A DNA stretch of 64,000 bases. Source: Lama guanicoe (taxonomy: Eukaryota). The position numbers and the translations under genes are program-made. Of the stretch, positions 24,430 through 35,472 are shown in pieces; positions within the stretch are counted from its first letter, which is position 1, and every line of letters begins with the position of its first letter. Below the pieces are notes generated by a model. The model was not told the origin of the DNA. It did not search any database and was given only the letters and a program-made list of their open reading frames with translations. The stretch covers positions 17,342,991-17,406,990 of the forward strand of contig MU055783.1 of assembly GCA_013239625.1 (NCBI GenBank), written 5' to 3'.

Positions 24430-26215
24430 AGTCAGTCTTCTCACAGACAGCTTTCAATCAATACGGCACCACTTCAAGTGGATTTTAGAAACCTTATCGG
24501 TCTGTGGATCTCTTTACGTGATAGCTGTCTTGGTACATCTGCTCATGTTAAAAGCCCCCAAAATGTTTTAAATTTTGCTTTAACTTTTCAAATATATTTT
24601 AAGGTACTCCAGAGGACAAGAACAGTCAATTCTATTTACCCAGATATTTACCATTTTGGTAGCTCTTCCTTCATTCCGGATGTTCCAAGTTTCCTTCTGG
24701 TATCATTCTCCCGTCTGCAGGACTTCCTTTAGCGACTCTTTTAAAGCAGGTCTGCTGGCAACAAATTCTCTTAGTTTTCCTTCATCTGAGAATGTCTTGA
24801 TTTCACCCTCATTCGTGAAGGATATTTTTAGTGCATGTAGAATTTGGAGGTGACAGTTCTTTTCTTTAAAACACTTTAAAAATGTGCCACTTCCTTCTGG
24901 CTTTTCTTGTTGCCAGTGAAAAAGTTTGCAGTTATTTTAATTGTTTTCCCTTAGAGAATGCATCGTTTTTCTCTGGCTGCTTTGAAGGTTATTTTTTTGT
25001 CTTTAGTTTTCAGCAGTTAGATGATAGTGTCTGGATATGGGAATTTCTTTGAGTTTATCTTGTTTAGGGTTCTCTTTGATCTGTAGGTTTTTGTCTTTTA
25101 CCATATTTAGTACATTTTCAGCCAGTCTTCTCTCTCTCTCTGTTTTATTGAAGTCGAGTTGATTTACAATCCTCTTTCTCTTTTTCTTACAGGTTTCTGG
25201 TAACGATTTTAGGTCTCTGAAGCTCTGTTCATTTTTTAATTAATTTTTTTCTTTTTATTGCCCATATTGGATAATTTCTGTTAATCTTTTGTTAGGTTTA
25301 CTTTTTCCTCTACCATCTCCAGTCTGCTCTCCAGCCCATACAGTGTGGTTCTTTTTTATTTTGGTTACTATATGTCTCAGGTCTAAAATCCCCTCTTGGT
25401 TCTTCTTTATATCTTGTGGGGGGGTTTTGGAGTTTTGTTCTTTTTTCTGAGACTTTCTATTTTCCGTTTGTTTCGAGAGTGTTTGTGATTGCTTGTTGGA
25501 GTATTTGTATGAGAGCTGCTTTGAAGTCTTTGTCACAAAATTCCAACATCTGCCTTATCTTGGTGTTGGTGTTTGTTGATTATCTTTTCCCACGAGAGTT
25601 GAGATTTTCCTGTTTTTTCTTATGCCAAGTAATTTTGGATTATGTTCTGCTTATCTTCATGATTATGTCTGGCACTTTGGGTTCTGTTTAAATCCCCCAG
25701 AGAAGGTTTATATTTTTGTTTCAGTGAACAAATGACCCTGTTGAGTCCAAGCCACAAGATCCTAACAGCCCTCTGTGGAGTGGTTGCAGCAGTTTTCAGA
25801 CTATTTTTGCAGTGCTGTTTGATCTGTCCTGTGTGTGCACCTCCCCGTTAGTCTGGTTCTCAGCATCTTTGTTGTGCTGATTAGGTCCAGATCCACACAT
25901 GTGCAGCCTGGGGATCAGCCTAGGAGTCGAAGAGCAAACTTTATGGAGTTGCCTTCCTGAGTCCCTGTCTCTCTATGATCTCTCTGATGTTTGCCCCTTT
26001 CCTGGAACTCTGAGAGGGGGAAAAGAAGGTAAACTTACCACCAGTAATAGTTCATGTTTTGGTCTTCTTCCCCATCTGGCCTGCTCCAGTTTACTTCTCA
26101 GAATTTAAAAATAGCTGCTTCATGTATTCTGTCCAGGTTTTCCTTAGCTGCGTGCAGAGGGAGAGGCAGGGTGCGGTGTGATTGCTGCATCTGACTTGGA
26201 ATTGGAACCTCTCAC
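24430..26215 (-). mobile_element. Old L1M 5'/ORF1 region, interrupting a + strand L1M 3' UTR fragment (~24165-24425, ~26220-26350)
   Basis: ORF 25255-25536 (-) reads IKKNQEGILDLRHIVTKIK..EIIQ, like the L1 ORF1 coiled coil; aggtctgctggcaacaaattctcttag is an antisense ORF1 C-terminal signature. Confidence 0.7.
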
Positions 26216-26354
26216 AAGTCAGTTTTAGCATCACAAGAAAAGACACCACTAGACATTATTTGCCCTCTGATCTGACTCATCAGGAACACACATCACCACT
26301 CTATGGTATTTCTGCCCCCAAACATCCAACCTGAATCTGATTAAGCCTCTAAGC

Positions 26355-26620
26355 CTGTCTTAGTTCAGGCTGCTGTAATAGGATACCGTAGACTGGGTGG
26401 TGTACACAACAGAAACTTACTTCTCACAGCTCTGGAGGTACAAGGTCAGAGTACCAGCATGGCAAGGTTCACGCTGAGGGCCCTCTGTCGGGTCGTATCC
26501 TCACGTGGCCTTCCTTGGTGGGTGCACACAGAAATCCCTCACTCCTCCTCGTCTCATAAGGGCACTTATCCCATCGTGAGAACATTGCCCTCATGACCTC
26601 GTCTAACTCTCATGTCAGCC
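26355..26620 (-). mobile_element. MLT1A/B-type MaLR LTR (partial)
   Basis: tgtcttagttcaggctgctgtaata..agactgggtgg..aacagaaacttacttctcacagctctggagg..ataagggcact..cctcatgacct. Confidence 0.85.
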
Positions 26621-27799
26621 CAGTTGAGATTCTGTGTCTCCTCTTCACTCCTCAGCTGATACGTGGGTAGAAGCCTCAAGAGCTGAGCCTTACATCGGAG
26701 GGAGGGGCTGGGTGAGCAAAGGAGGGGAGGACCCTTCCACCTCGTGCTCCAAAGCTCCATCAGCAAGGTCTCCTTAAAGGCTCCTGTGTGACCTGCTTCC
26801 ATAGGGAGACATTCCTGGCCTGGCCAGGGCTGGGCTGGCCACTCTCCTGTGTGTTCACATACCAGCTTGGAGCTTCTCCAGATGAATGTCACCTAATCAG
26901 AGAGGCCTGCCCTGAACACCCTATAAAAATGCCTCCTCTTCTCCCCAGTTTGTCTCCTTCCCCTGCTTCACTCTCCTCTGCATTTATCGCCACTTCTCCT
27001 TTATTTTCTGCCTTCTCTACTACACCGTGATGGCCACGAGATGGTATTGTTGTGTGATTCACAGCTGTGCCCTGAGCGCCAAGTGTATGGTCTGGTTCGG
27101 CCTTAGCACGCGGTAGGTACACGTGGAGTAAATCCGCTTCTCGTGCTTCACCTGCAGTGCACATCCACCTGCCTGTCTCCCCACTAGAATGTAAGCTCTT
27201 GAAGAAAACAATCTGGGTTTTCTTTTGTCTCCAGTGCCTAGTAGCATGCTTCATTTAAAGGAAACAGTCAATGTCTGTGGAATGAATGGGTCAAGCAACT
27301 AATCCAACAAAGTGTACGAAGAAGACAGGCAGTCAGGGTCTAGTCTTCACACGGGGGTGTCTGGATCCTCCTCTGTGGCTTCATATGTTCCCCCCGAAGG
27401 CACATTTAGGCTGCACATTGTTTATTCACCCCGGCTCCTACCTTCTTTCAGACTCTCATTCTCTCCACAATTTCTGTGCCCGACACCACGCAAGATGCTG
27501 CAGGGGACGTGGAGACAGGTCAGATGCAGGCCCCTGGTGTTGTTGGGATGTGACTCCAGGAACGGAGACGGAGAAAGAGTCACAGCCGAGTACTCACAAT
27601 GTGGGTGGATGGTTGGGAGGACCGTGGGGACCACTGATGGGAGAGATGACTTCCCTTCTGGGGGTTGTTGAAGGACATGGACCTAGAGGATGGGTACCAT
27701 TTGAAAGCTGGCCATACAGGCCCATGGAGTATTGTATGCTCAGGGCCCAGGCAGAGGCAGGGAGGTGTGCAGGCTGTGCAGGGCATAATAAGCTGACGG

Positions 27800-28270
27800 T
27801 GACCGAGCACTTACTGTGAATATGGTGCATCTCTATATGCTTTACATGTGTGATCTCATTTTAAGTTGATGATATTATGACTCCCTTTTGTAGGTCAGGA
27901 ATGAGACATAGAAGGGTTGAATAACTTGCCTAAGGTCACACCGGAAGTGGCAAAATTGTCACATCCACCTGGGCAGTGAAAATCCGGGGTCTGAACTCCT
28001 AACCACTATATGAATGTGTATCCCCAGGAATAGTCGTTACTATAAGCATATATTGAGCACCTGCTGTGGGTCTCATGTGAGTCTCCATTATTTGGGTGCA
28101 TTATCTCACTTGATTTTCACAATATCCTAAGATACGGGCACTATTTTTATTCTTATTTACTGGTGAAGAAATTGAGGCCGAAAGAAGTTAAAGAATGTTC
28201 CTAACGTCATGTGGCCAGTGAGTGGTAGAGCTGAAACTTGAACCCAGGTGGACTTCACACTCTCACCGCT
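27800..28270 (-). mobile_element. Two tandem MIR SINEs
   Basis: Cores ..taacttgcctaaggtcacac.. (27920) and gaagaaattgaggccgaaagaagttaa..ttgaacccagg (28165-28248). Confidence 0.7.
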
Positions 28271-28336
28271 AATCGTTACAGAAAAATGTGCTTGGAAGGG
28301 TGGGCTGGGGTAGGTCATGAAAAGTTAACAGTCTGG

Positions 28337-28633
28337 TTAATAAGCACTAGGTTTGTAATGTACAAGATGATAAATATAATCAACCCTGATGATGTTATAT
28401 ATGTAAGTTGTTGAGAGAGTAAATCCTAAGAGATCTCACCACAAGGTTCTTTAATTTTGTAGCCATATGAGATGATGGATGTTCACTAAACTTATCATCA
28501 TTTCGTGGTTATATTTTGTGCTCATCATTTCATAGTGTGTGTAATTCCAATCATTACGCTCTACACCTGCAGCTTACACAGTGCTGTATGTCAATCATAT
28601 CTCAATAAAACTGGAAGGGAAAAAAAGAGAAAA
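28337..28633 (+). mobile_element. L1MA9-like L1 3' end
   Basis: ttaataagcactagg..gagagagtaaatcctaagag..tgagatgatggatgttcactaaactta..gtcaatcatatctcaataaaactggaa followed by an A-rich tail. Confidence 0.85.
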
Positions 28634-31384
28634 ACTAATCATCTGGGATTGTATCTTATACCCAGTGAGGAGCAGCTGATCCTGAGCTGAGTGCAGGGTG
28701 AGGAGAGGGAGGTCAAGCAGGGCTAGATTCCGGGGAGCTGGGACACAGTGGTCCTTCTAATGGAAGTGGATCCCTTGGGACAGGGAGGCTGGGGAGAGAG
28801 GGGAGGATGTCTGTTTCAGACATGCCAAGTTTGAGGTGAGGGGCATTCAGGCAGAGGTGCCCACGAAGCATCAGGAGGAAGAGGGTTATTCTGGAGGGAG
28901 GATTTGGGGAGCCATCCTCGGAAGGGTGGTGGTTGAAGTGGTGAAATTGGATGGAGGCAGGCAGTGGAGGGGACAGAAGGAGGCCATGCCCAGGAAGCCT
29001 TTACACGGACGAGGAACTGAACTGCCATGAGCAATGAATCAGTTGGCCACTGCCACTGCCTCTAGACGGGTCCTGAAAATTCAGATGCTGTGGGGTCCTT
29101 GGAGGTGGGAGAAGGCAAACGGGACTGAGGGAACCTTTGCCTCCTCCTGCTTGACCAGAGCGTCAGCCCCTCCCCTCCTACAGACTGGGAAGAGGTGCTG
29201 GTTCCAGAATGCACTGCATGTGGGTCACGCTCTGTCTCGACGGGCCGAGGGCTGCTGGGAGAGGTCCTGCTGAGCAGACTCTGAAAGGAAGGCAAGAACT
29301 TGCAGCTGGCCACAGAGAAGCTGCTCTTCTTTGAAGGCTGGGCCCGCCAGCGTTTTCCAGGCCACAAAGGGAGCAGGGCTTGTTAGTGGGTCGGATTATT
29401 TGCGGAGAGGCTTGGGGCCAGGCGTCCTCTGTCCTGGAACAGAGGAAGTCTCGGGGCAGCTCTGTCTCCCCCAGTTGCCTGGTTCCCAGGGAAGTGGGGG
29501 CTGGGAAAACGAGATCCCCATGGAGGCCACGAGGTTGGGGTGCTTAGCAAGGAAGTGAGTGGGAACTGTGGTGGGATGGGGAGCAGATGGAAAATGGGGG
29601 CTTGTGGTGAGGAGGTTCTCATTGATGTGTTTTGTCAGGAACGCTTTGAGGTGGAAGGGGGACCAACTTCACAGACTTCAACTGGATTAAAGGCGACAGT
29701 TCCTACGTCCTGCTGGAGACAGATTGTTTCATTTCCTGTCTTGAATCCGGTCAATTTGCTTTTGGATGACTGCAGTGGGCCCTGGGTCCTCTCCTTCAGA
29801 TGTAGTTGAAATAAATGCCTCCAGTTTAATTAGCCACGGAGCTTAACCTTAACTCACTCCACCCTCCCTCTGGTGGGAGAGACAAGTTCTCATTCCTGAG
29901 GACTGCGGGCAGGAAAACAGATTTTTGAACCCCTGTGTTTGTTGTGGTAATAAGAGCTGAGGAACTTTGGAGTCGCAGTTGAGTTTTCGAAGTTAACTCT
30001 GCAAACACTTTTCTCCATCCCTATTGAAATAAATACTGTAAAATACGATGTTTCTCTTGCCAGTTAATTGAGTAAAATAATGCATTTCTTCAGTGACTGG
30101 GAAACCTTAGTAAGGACAAAGAATACATGCATGTGGTGCACAGTAAATATTGCTAGAAGATACAGAGTCATCACATCCTAAAGTGGGAGGCATTTCCTGG
30201 TCAGTTTATGGGCTGTCTATTGAGCAGTTACGTTTCAGGGTCCTGGGTGAGGGTCCAGGGGATCACAGGAACCGCTGAGACCCGCCCCCTGGCCCCCAAA
30301 GCCCATACAGCGGGTTCACCGTAGCCCCATGGACCCTGGTTCTGAAATTCGGCTAAGCCTGGTAAATGGAAGAAATGTAGTGAGACTTCAGCTGTCTGGG
30401 GCCTTGAGGGAGATTCTACTCTGGGTAAGCGGGTCTGCCTGATAACGGAACATGTGTCCGTGGCTGACGGGGATCTGCGGATTGGATTGCCTCTTGGCTT
30501 CATCAGTGTCTACGTCTGTCTCTGTTGGTGACATTGCAGGGCTGTTCTTAGGAACGTTAGTTTTTAGACTGGGCTATAATGCAGGGTTGCCTTGGCCCCT
30601 TTTAGAACTTTCTGGTCTCTTTGGAAACTGTCTTAGGCTGCTCTGCTTTGGGGATTCTTAAGTTGGCTTTTTATAGCTTTTTGATCTCCTCTCATGATTG
30701 TCAGTTTTTATTTCTTGCTGGCAGTTTGCGGGGTGGGGGGCAGCAGCATCCTCTCTGTGTCCTTGGGAACCAGAACACAAACCTTGTTGAATTTGCATAA
30801 ATGGAGAATCAGTCGGCCTGGTGGAGGGAAGGCTTGAGGGTCCTGTGAGGGTGCCTCTAGCACTTGAAGGGCATGAACAGTGGGCTGTGTTTTGATGGAT
30901 GGTTTGGAGGCCTTTTTCTGGCTTACTCCCCAGAGCGTTCCTCTAGCATCCTCTGCCTCTGTTTCTCTGCCCTGCATTGGGTGGTAGGGGGAGAGGGTGT
31001 TTGATGAGGAACTGTTGACCAGGAGGAACCCCAGGTGTGGGTGTTTACCCCTGTGTAGCTGTGTCCTCTGGGCAACTGGACACCTAAGCGTGAAAGACCC
31101 TGTAGACAGGGGCTTGCGGGCCAGAGAGAATTTTGTGGGAAACGAGTAAAGGAGAAGGAAAACGAGTGATCACTGAAACATTTCTGCCCAACTAGACTCT
31201 TAAACACTTGTAGTGGAGTCTTTCAAACATACTGAAAAGGAATAATAAAATTGAATGATCACTTCGGTTCCCAGAACTCTGTTTTAAAAATTATATTATC
31301 TATTACTATTTTTATATCATTATAACTGTATGAACCATAGTTAATCATACTATATTATACTATTACTAATACATTAGAATATTC

Positions 31385-31605
31385 TAACTATGGCAAATAA
31401 TACTGTGTTGTGTATTTGAAAGTTGCTGAGAGAATAGATCCTCCAAGTCCCCATCACAAAAAAGATTTTGTAACCATGTATGTTGACGGGTGTTAACTAG
31501 ACTTACTGCGGTGATCATTTCCACAATACATACGCATATCAAATTGTTCTGTTGTACACCTGGAACTAATACAATGTTTTTGTCAGTTATATCTCCATGA
31601 AAAAG
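31385..31605 (+). mobile_element. L1MA9-like L1 3' end
   Basis: aataatactgtgttgtgtatttgaaagttgctgagagaatagatc..gttaactagacttactgcggtgatcattt..gttgtacacctggaactaatacaatg. Confidence 0.85.
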
Positions 31606-31607
31606 AT

Positions 31608-31862
31608 CTTGGGGGAAAGAGGGGTGGGAAGGGATAAATTTGGGAGTTTTGAGATTTGCAGAGGTTAACCACGATATGTAAAATAATAGATTTTAAAAAC
31701 CCACATTTCTTCTGTATAGCACAGGGAACTATATTCAACATCTTATAATAACCTTTAATGAAAAAGAATATGAAAATGAATATATGTATATATATATATA
31801 TGTGCATGACTGGGACATTATGTTGAACACCAGAAATTGACACGTTGCAACTGACTATACTT
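31608..31862 (+). mobile_element. Younger cetartiodactyl/camelid-type L1 3' end
   Basis: gggaagggataaatttgggagttttgagatttgcag..tatagcacagggaactatattcaa..caccagaaattgacac..ctgactatact. Confidence 0.88.
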
Positions 31863-32228
31863 AATCTTACTACCATATTGCCTTATTTGCTTCAGATTTT
31901 TAAAATAATAAAATATTACCAAATAGCATTACAAGTCTGCAGTATACCCCTCTCTGATCTTATCCTCTCCCTTCTGTCCTGGACTTAGGGTTGTTGCTTC
32001 CAATGCAAATTTCAATTTTTTCTGTATATATTGTTGCCCCCTTCAATACTAGGTAGCATTCTTTTGCATAGGAAACTTCATCTAAGTGGCACAACGCTAT
32101 ACTTATTCTTTCATAGCTTCTGTATCTTCTATAACTTGCATAGACCTTCTGTAACTTTTCCCCCACTATTATATTTGTGAGATTTATCCATCTTGGCTCT
32201 GGTTCATTCATTTTTCACTGCTGCTCAG

Positions 32229-32485
32229 CAAAGGTTGGCAAACGATGGCCCCTGGGCCAAATTGGCCCATGACCCGTTTTTAAAGTTACTTACTTTAAAC
32301 GTATTTACTGCCTGTACATCAAATTTTATTGGAACACAGCCCTGCCCTTCGTTTATACATTTTCTATGGCTGCTTTGCACTGCAGTGGCAAAGTTGAGTA
32401 GCTAAGACAGAGATCAAGACCTGAAGGTGAGCAAAGCCTAGAATATTTACTATCTGGCCCTCTACAGAAAAGTTAGCCTCCCTTG
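32229..32485 (+). mobile_element. MER58A-like hAT-Charlie element
   Basis: ggttggcaaacgatggcccctgggccaaattggccc..ttttattggaacacagcc..aaagcctagaatatttactatctggccctctacagaaaagtt; flanks ctgctcag/ctgtcgag. Confidence 0.88.
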
Positions 32486-34220
32486 CTGTCGAGTTCTGAT
32501 GTAACAATGTGGCATGTGATATCTCTCCTCCTGGGGGTGAACATTTGGGTCAATTCTAATATTTTTATTTTCCGAACAGAGCTTCAGGAAACGTTTTTGT
32601 TTGTTCAGGATTCTCCCTGGAGTGTGTAGCTGGAAGTAAAATCACTGGGCCGTGGGGCATGTGCACCTTAACGTCACCAGGTATTACTAAATTAGTCTCT
32701 AAGGTAGATCTACCAGTTTGCACTCCCACTGGTGGTCTGTGAGACTTCCTCTCCCTCCCCATCCTGGCCAGCAACCTGGCATTTTAAGACCTGAAGTTGT
32801 GCAAGTCTGATGTGTTTAAAGTGCTGCTTTATTACTGGCGACGGTCAGCATTTTTTCACGTTGTTATTGACCGTTTGCAGTTGCTCTGATAGAATTGCCT
32901 GGCCGTATCCTTTGCCCACTTTCCTGTTGAGTTGTTTGTCTTCTTCCTTTTGAGTTGTGAGAGTTCCTTCTATATCTGGTACTAGTTCTTTGCATTATAT
33001 GCATTCAAACCAAGTATACGCACTCATTCTGTGCACTGAAACTGGTTTTCAGTCCGACTGGATTGTTTCTCAGTAGAGCTGCATATTAAGGTGTAGTCGG
33101 TTCATCTTGAAGATGTGTGTGATGTGGATGCACACATACGTACATGTATACACATATATATGGTGCGTGTATGCACACGCACACACGCACACACGCACAC
33201 ATGCACTTAAATTGATGACTTCTTTTCCCTGGGAAAGTCTTTGAGGTTGAAAGGGTGCAAGGCTGAACAGAAGTAGATGCCAGCGGTGTCTGCAAGCCTT
33301 CCTTGCTGGGGCAGTTTGGGCGGAGGGAATGTTCACATGAGTTTGCAACAGCCTCATCTCAGAGCAATTCCAGTGCCTTTCCGAGGCTGTCCCGTTGAGT
33401 GAGCTGATTGTCACTGGCACTTTGGCTGCGTAGACGTGACCCACAGGTCCCCAGGGAAGCCAGAGGACACCATGGTGGGATGCTGACAGGTTGGGAGGGC
33501 TCTTTTGGACAGAAACCAGATGTGACTTGTGGTTTTGGGTTTCCCCATTTTGGTTTTGGCTGAAGTCAGACCTTGGTTTCAGCCTGATCAAGTGGAACCG
33601 TTCTTTGGCCCACAGCGATTTAAATAATTGAAACTTCCATTTTGGGGCCAGACTACTTTTGCTGGCCTTTACACCATTCCATCATCTTCGAAACTAACAG
33701 GGCTGGCTTTCCCATCCCTCCTCTGATCTTTCAAATCAAACTTTCTGAGTTGAATAGTTAAAAAATTAAATCTGCAGTCCTTCGAGGTTACTGGGCCCTG
33801 TGAAGTTTGCAGTCTGCAGCTGTGATCTCTGTGCATCTTGACAATGGTTCTGTGAAGCACACAAGGAAGATAGATTACAGCTGCCATCTTGCTGGTGAGG
33901 ACCACCCAGAGACATAGGTGCTGACCTGTCCCTGATCCAATAGCAGCCTTCAGGGCTGGGCCTGGCATCCTGGTCTGGTGCTCTTTGTACCATGTATAAT
34001 GCAGGTGCCGTCTCAGTTCATATCCCGAGATCCCATGACAACCCCTCTTCAGTATCACCACATTACTCTTTCAGGGAGGCCCACACTCTCAGGGACCCAA
34101 GCAGACATAACTCGGGGAGCACATCTAACATTTCCTGAGCCTGTGCTTTGTGTCAGACTCTGCTCTGTACGTTTTCTCTCATATCATCTCATTTGATGCT
34201 CAAATTAACACTGTAAGCAG

Positions 34221-34393
34221 CAGGGCCAGCTTCACGGACCCATGACCAGCACAGGATCTGTGCTTACCTTAGAAGCACACCACACTTGGTTTTATGCCAA
34301 GCACTTATCTCCTTGAATTTTTAAATAATTTCTGAACAGTTGACCTCACTTTTCAGTTTGCCCTGGGCCCCACAAATCATGTAGCCAGTTCTG
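34221..34393 (+). mobile_element. MER91A-like hAT-Tip100 element inserted in a MIR (-; ~34120-34480)
   Basis: cagggccagcttca..cttggttttatgc..ttgaatttttaaataatttctgaaca..ctgggccccacaaatcatgtagccagttctg; MIR core resumes at 34397. Confidence 0.8.
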
Positions 34394-35337
34394 TACACAG
34401 ATAAAGGAACCAAGGCTCAGAGAGGTAGAGTAAGTGGCCCAAGATCACACAGCCGATCAGTGGCGGTACTGGAACTTCAGTGATTTCTACTTTGCTGCTT
34501 CATTTATTGAAAATAGAGCCCTGGACCTTGCTTGAATTGCACTGCAAGGAGTTGGGAAGCAAGGTAAATTGCACCATAGAAATGGTGATTTTCTGTAGAG
34601 ATTTGCTTCTATGTTGTTAAGTAGTTTTGTGTTGACCTCATGCTGGCCGGTTGCCACCTTCTTCCTTAAGGGAAGAGACCATTTCTGTCATTTTTTTAAG
34701 GTTCCTGAAAGTGCCTGGAACAGGCAGCCTCTCAGGCTGACCCAGTAGGTTAATGGGCTTCTTTGATTGCAAAATAGGGATGTAAACCACTGAGCTCCCC
34801 TTGGTGAGCCGTAAAGATACATGAGGACCTACGAGGCTGTTCCCTAGTTAGGGAACCAGAAGAATCCGATGTAGCTCATGGATTTGGTCATGCCACCACT
34901 CCCTCAGTGGCAGAGGTTCGTGGATCCCCAGCTCACCTCCTGCTCTGGTTTTATTCTTCTTCGTGTGTATGTCTCTCATGGTACCAACAATTCCACTCTT
35001 GAGTCTCCTGGGAGATTCAGGTTTTGCCCACCTGGCCTGCCTGGAGGTGGACCAGTAGGGGTGAGGCATGGCCCTGTGGCCATGTTGGTAGGGTTACAGG
35101 GCACCAGCCTTGCGACTTGGGAGAAGGAACTTTTAGAGCGGGGCTGAGTAAGTCCTGTCTGATCCAGGTCATTCATTGCCTGGCCAGTCTCCCAGGATGA
35201 GCTTGGAGTCACCCGTCCTAGAAGATGAGATCACTGCTTCCTAGGCAGGACATACCCCTGGCTGGAGAAGGTTCTGGCGGGATCCCGAGGGGGACTCGCT
35301 CACCTCCCTGGTGATCTGCTCTGTTTTCCCTTCACAG

Positions 35338-35472
35338 CAGCAAACCCTCTGCTTTGCTCCACCGCCCGCTACCACTGCAAGAACGGCCTCTGCATTGACA
35401 AGAGCTTCATCTGCGATGGGCAGAACAACTGTCAGGACAACAGCGACGAGGAAAGCTGTGAAAGTTCTCAAG
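35338..35472 (+). CDS. LDLRAD3: LDLRAD3 internal coding exon (probably exon 4), LDL-receptor class A repeat 3; 135 nt, phase 1-1
   Basis: Acceptor ctgttttcccttcacAG at 35337, donor GTAGGA at 35473. Translation (T)[44 protein letters not shown](E) joins the previous exon in frame (A+CA = Thr); six Cys and NCxDNSDE motif. Confidence 0.96.

Larger units (their letters stand above)
31205..33000 (-). mobile_element. Old L1ME-type element carrying three nested insertions
   Basis: Antisense L1M text at 31205-31270 resumes at ~31865 (tattgccttatttgcttcagattttt) and continues through accagtttgcactcccac and tcctttgcccactttcctgttgagttgtttgtc. Confidence 0.65.
21562..35337 (+). other. LDLRAD3: LDLRAD3 GT-AG intron (~13.8 kb) between the two LDLa exons
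   Basis: Canonical GT...AG ends; splicing keeps the frame continuous (..EENC-T-ANPLLC..). Confidence 0.9.
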
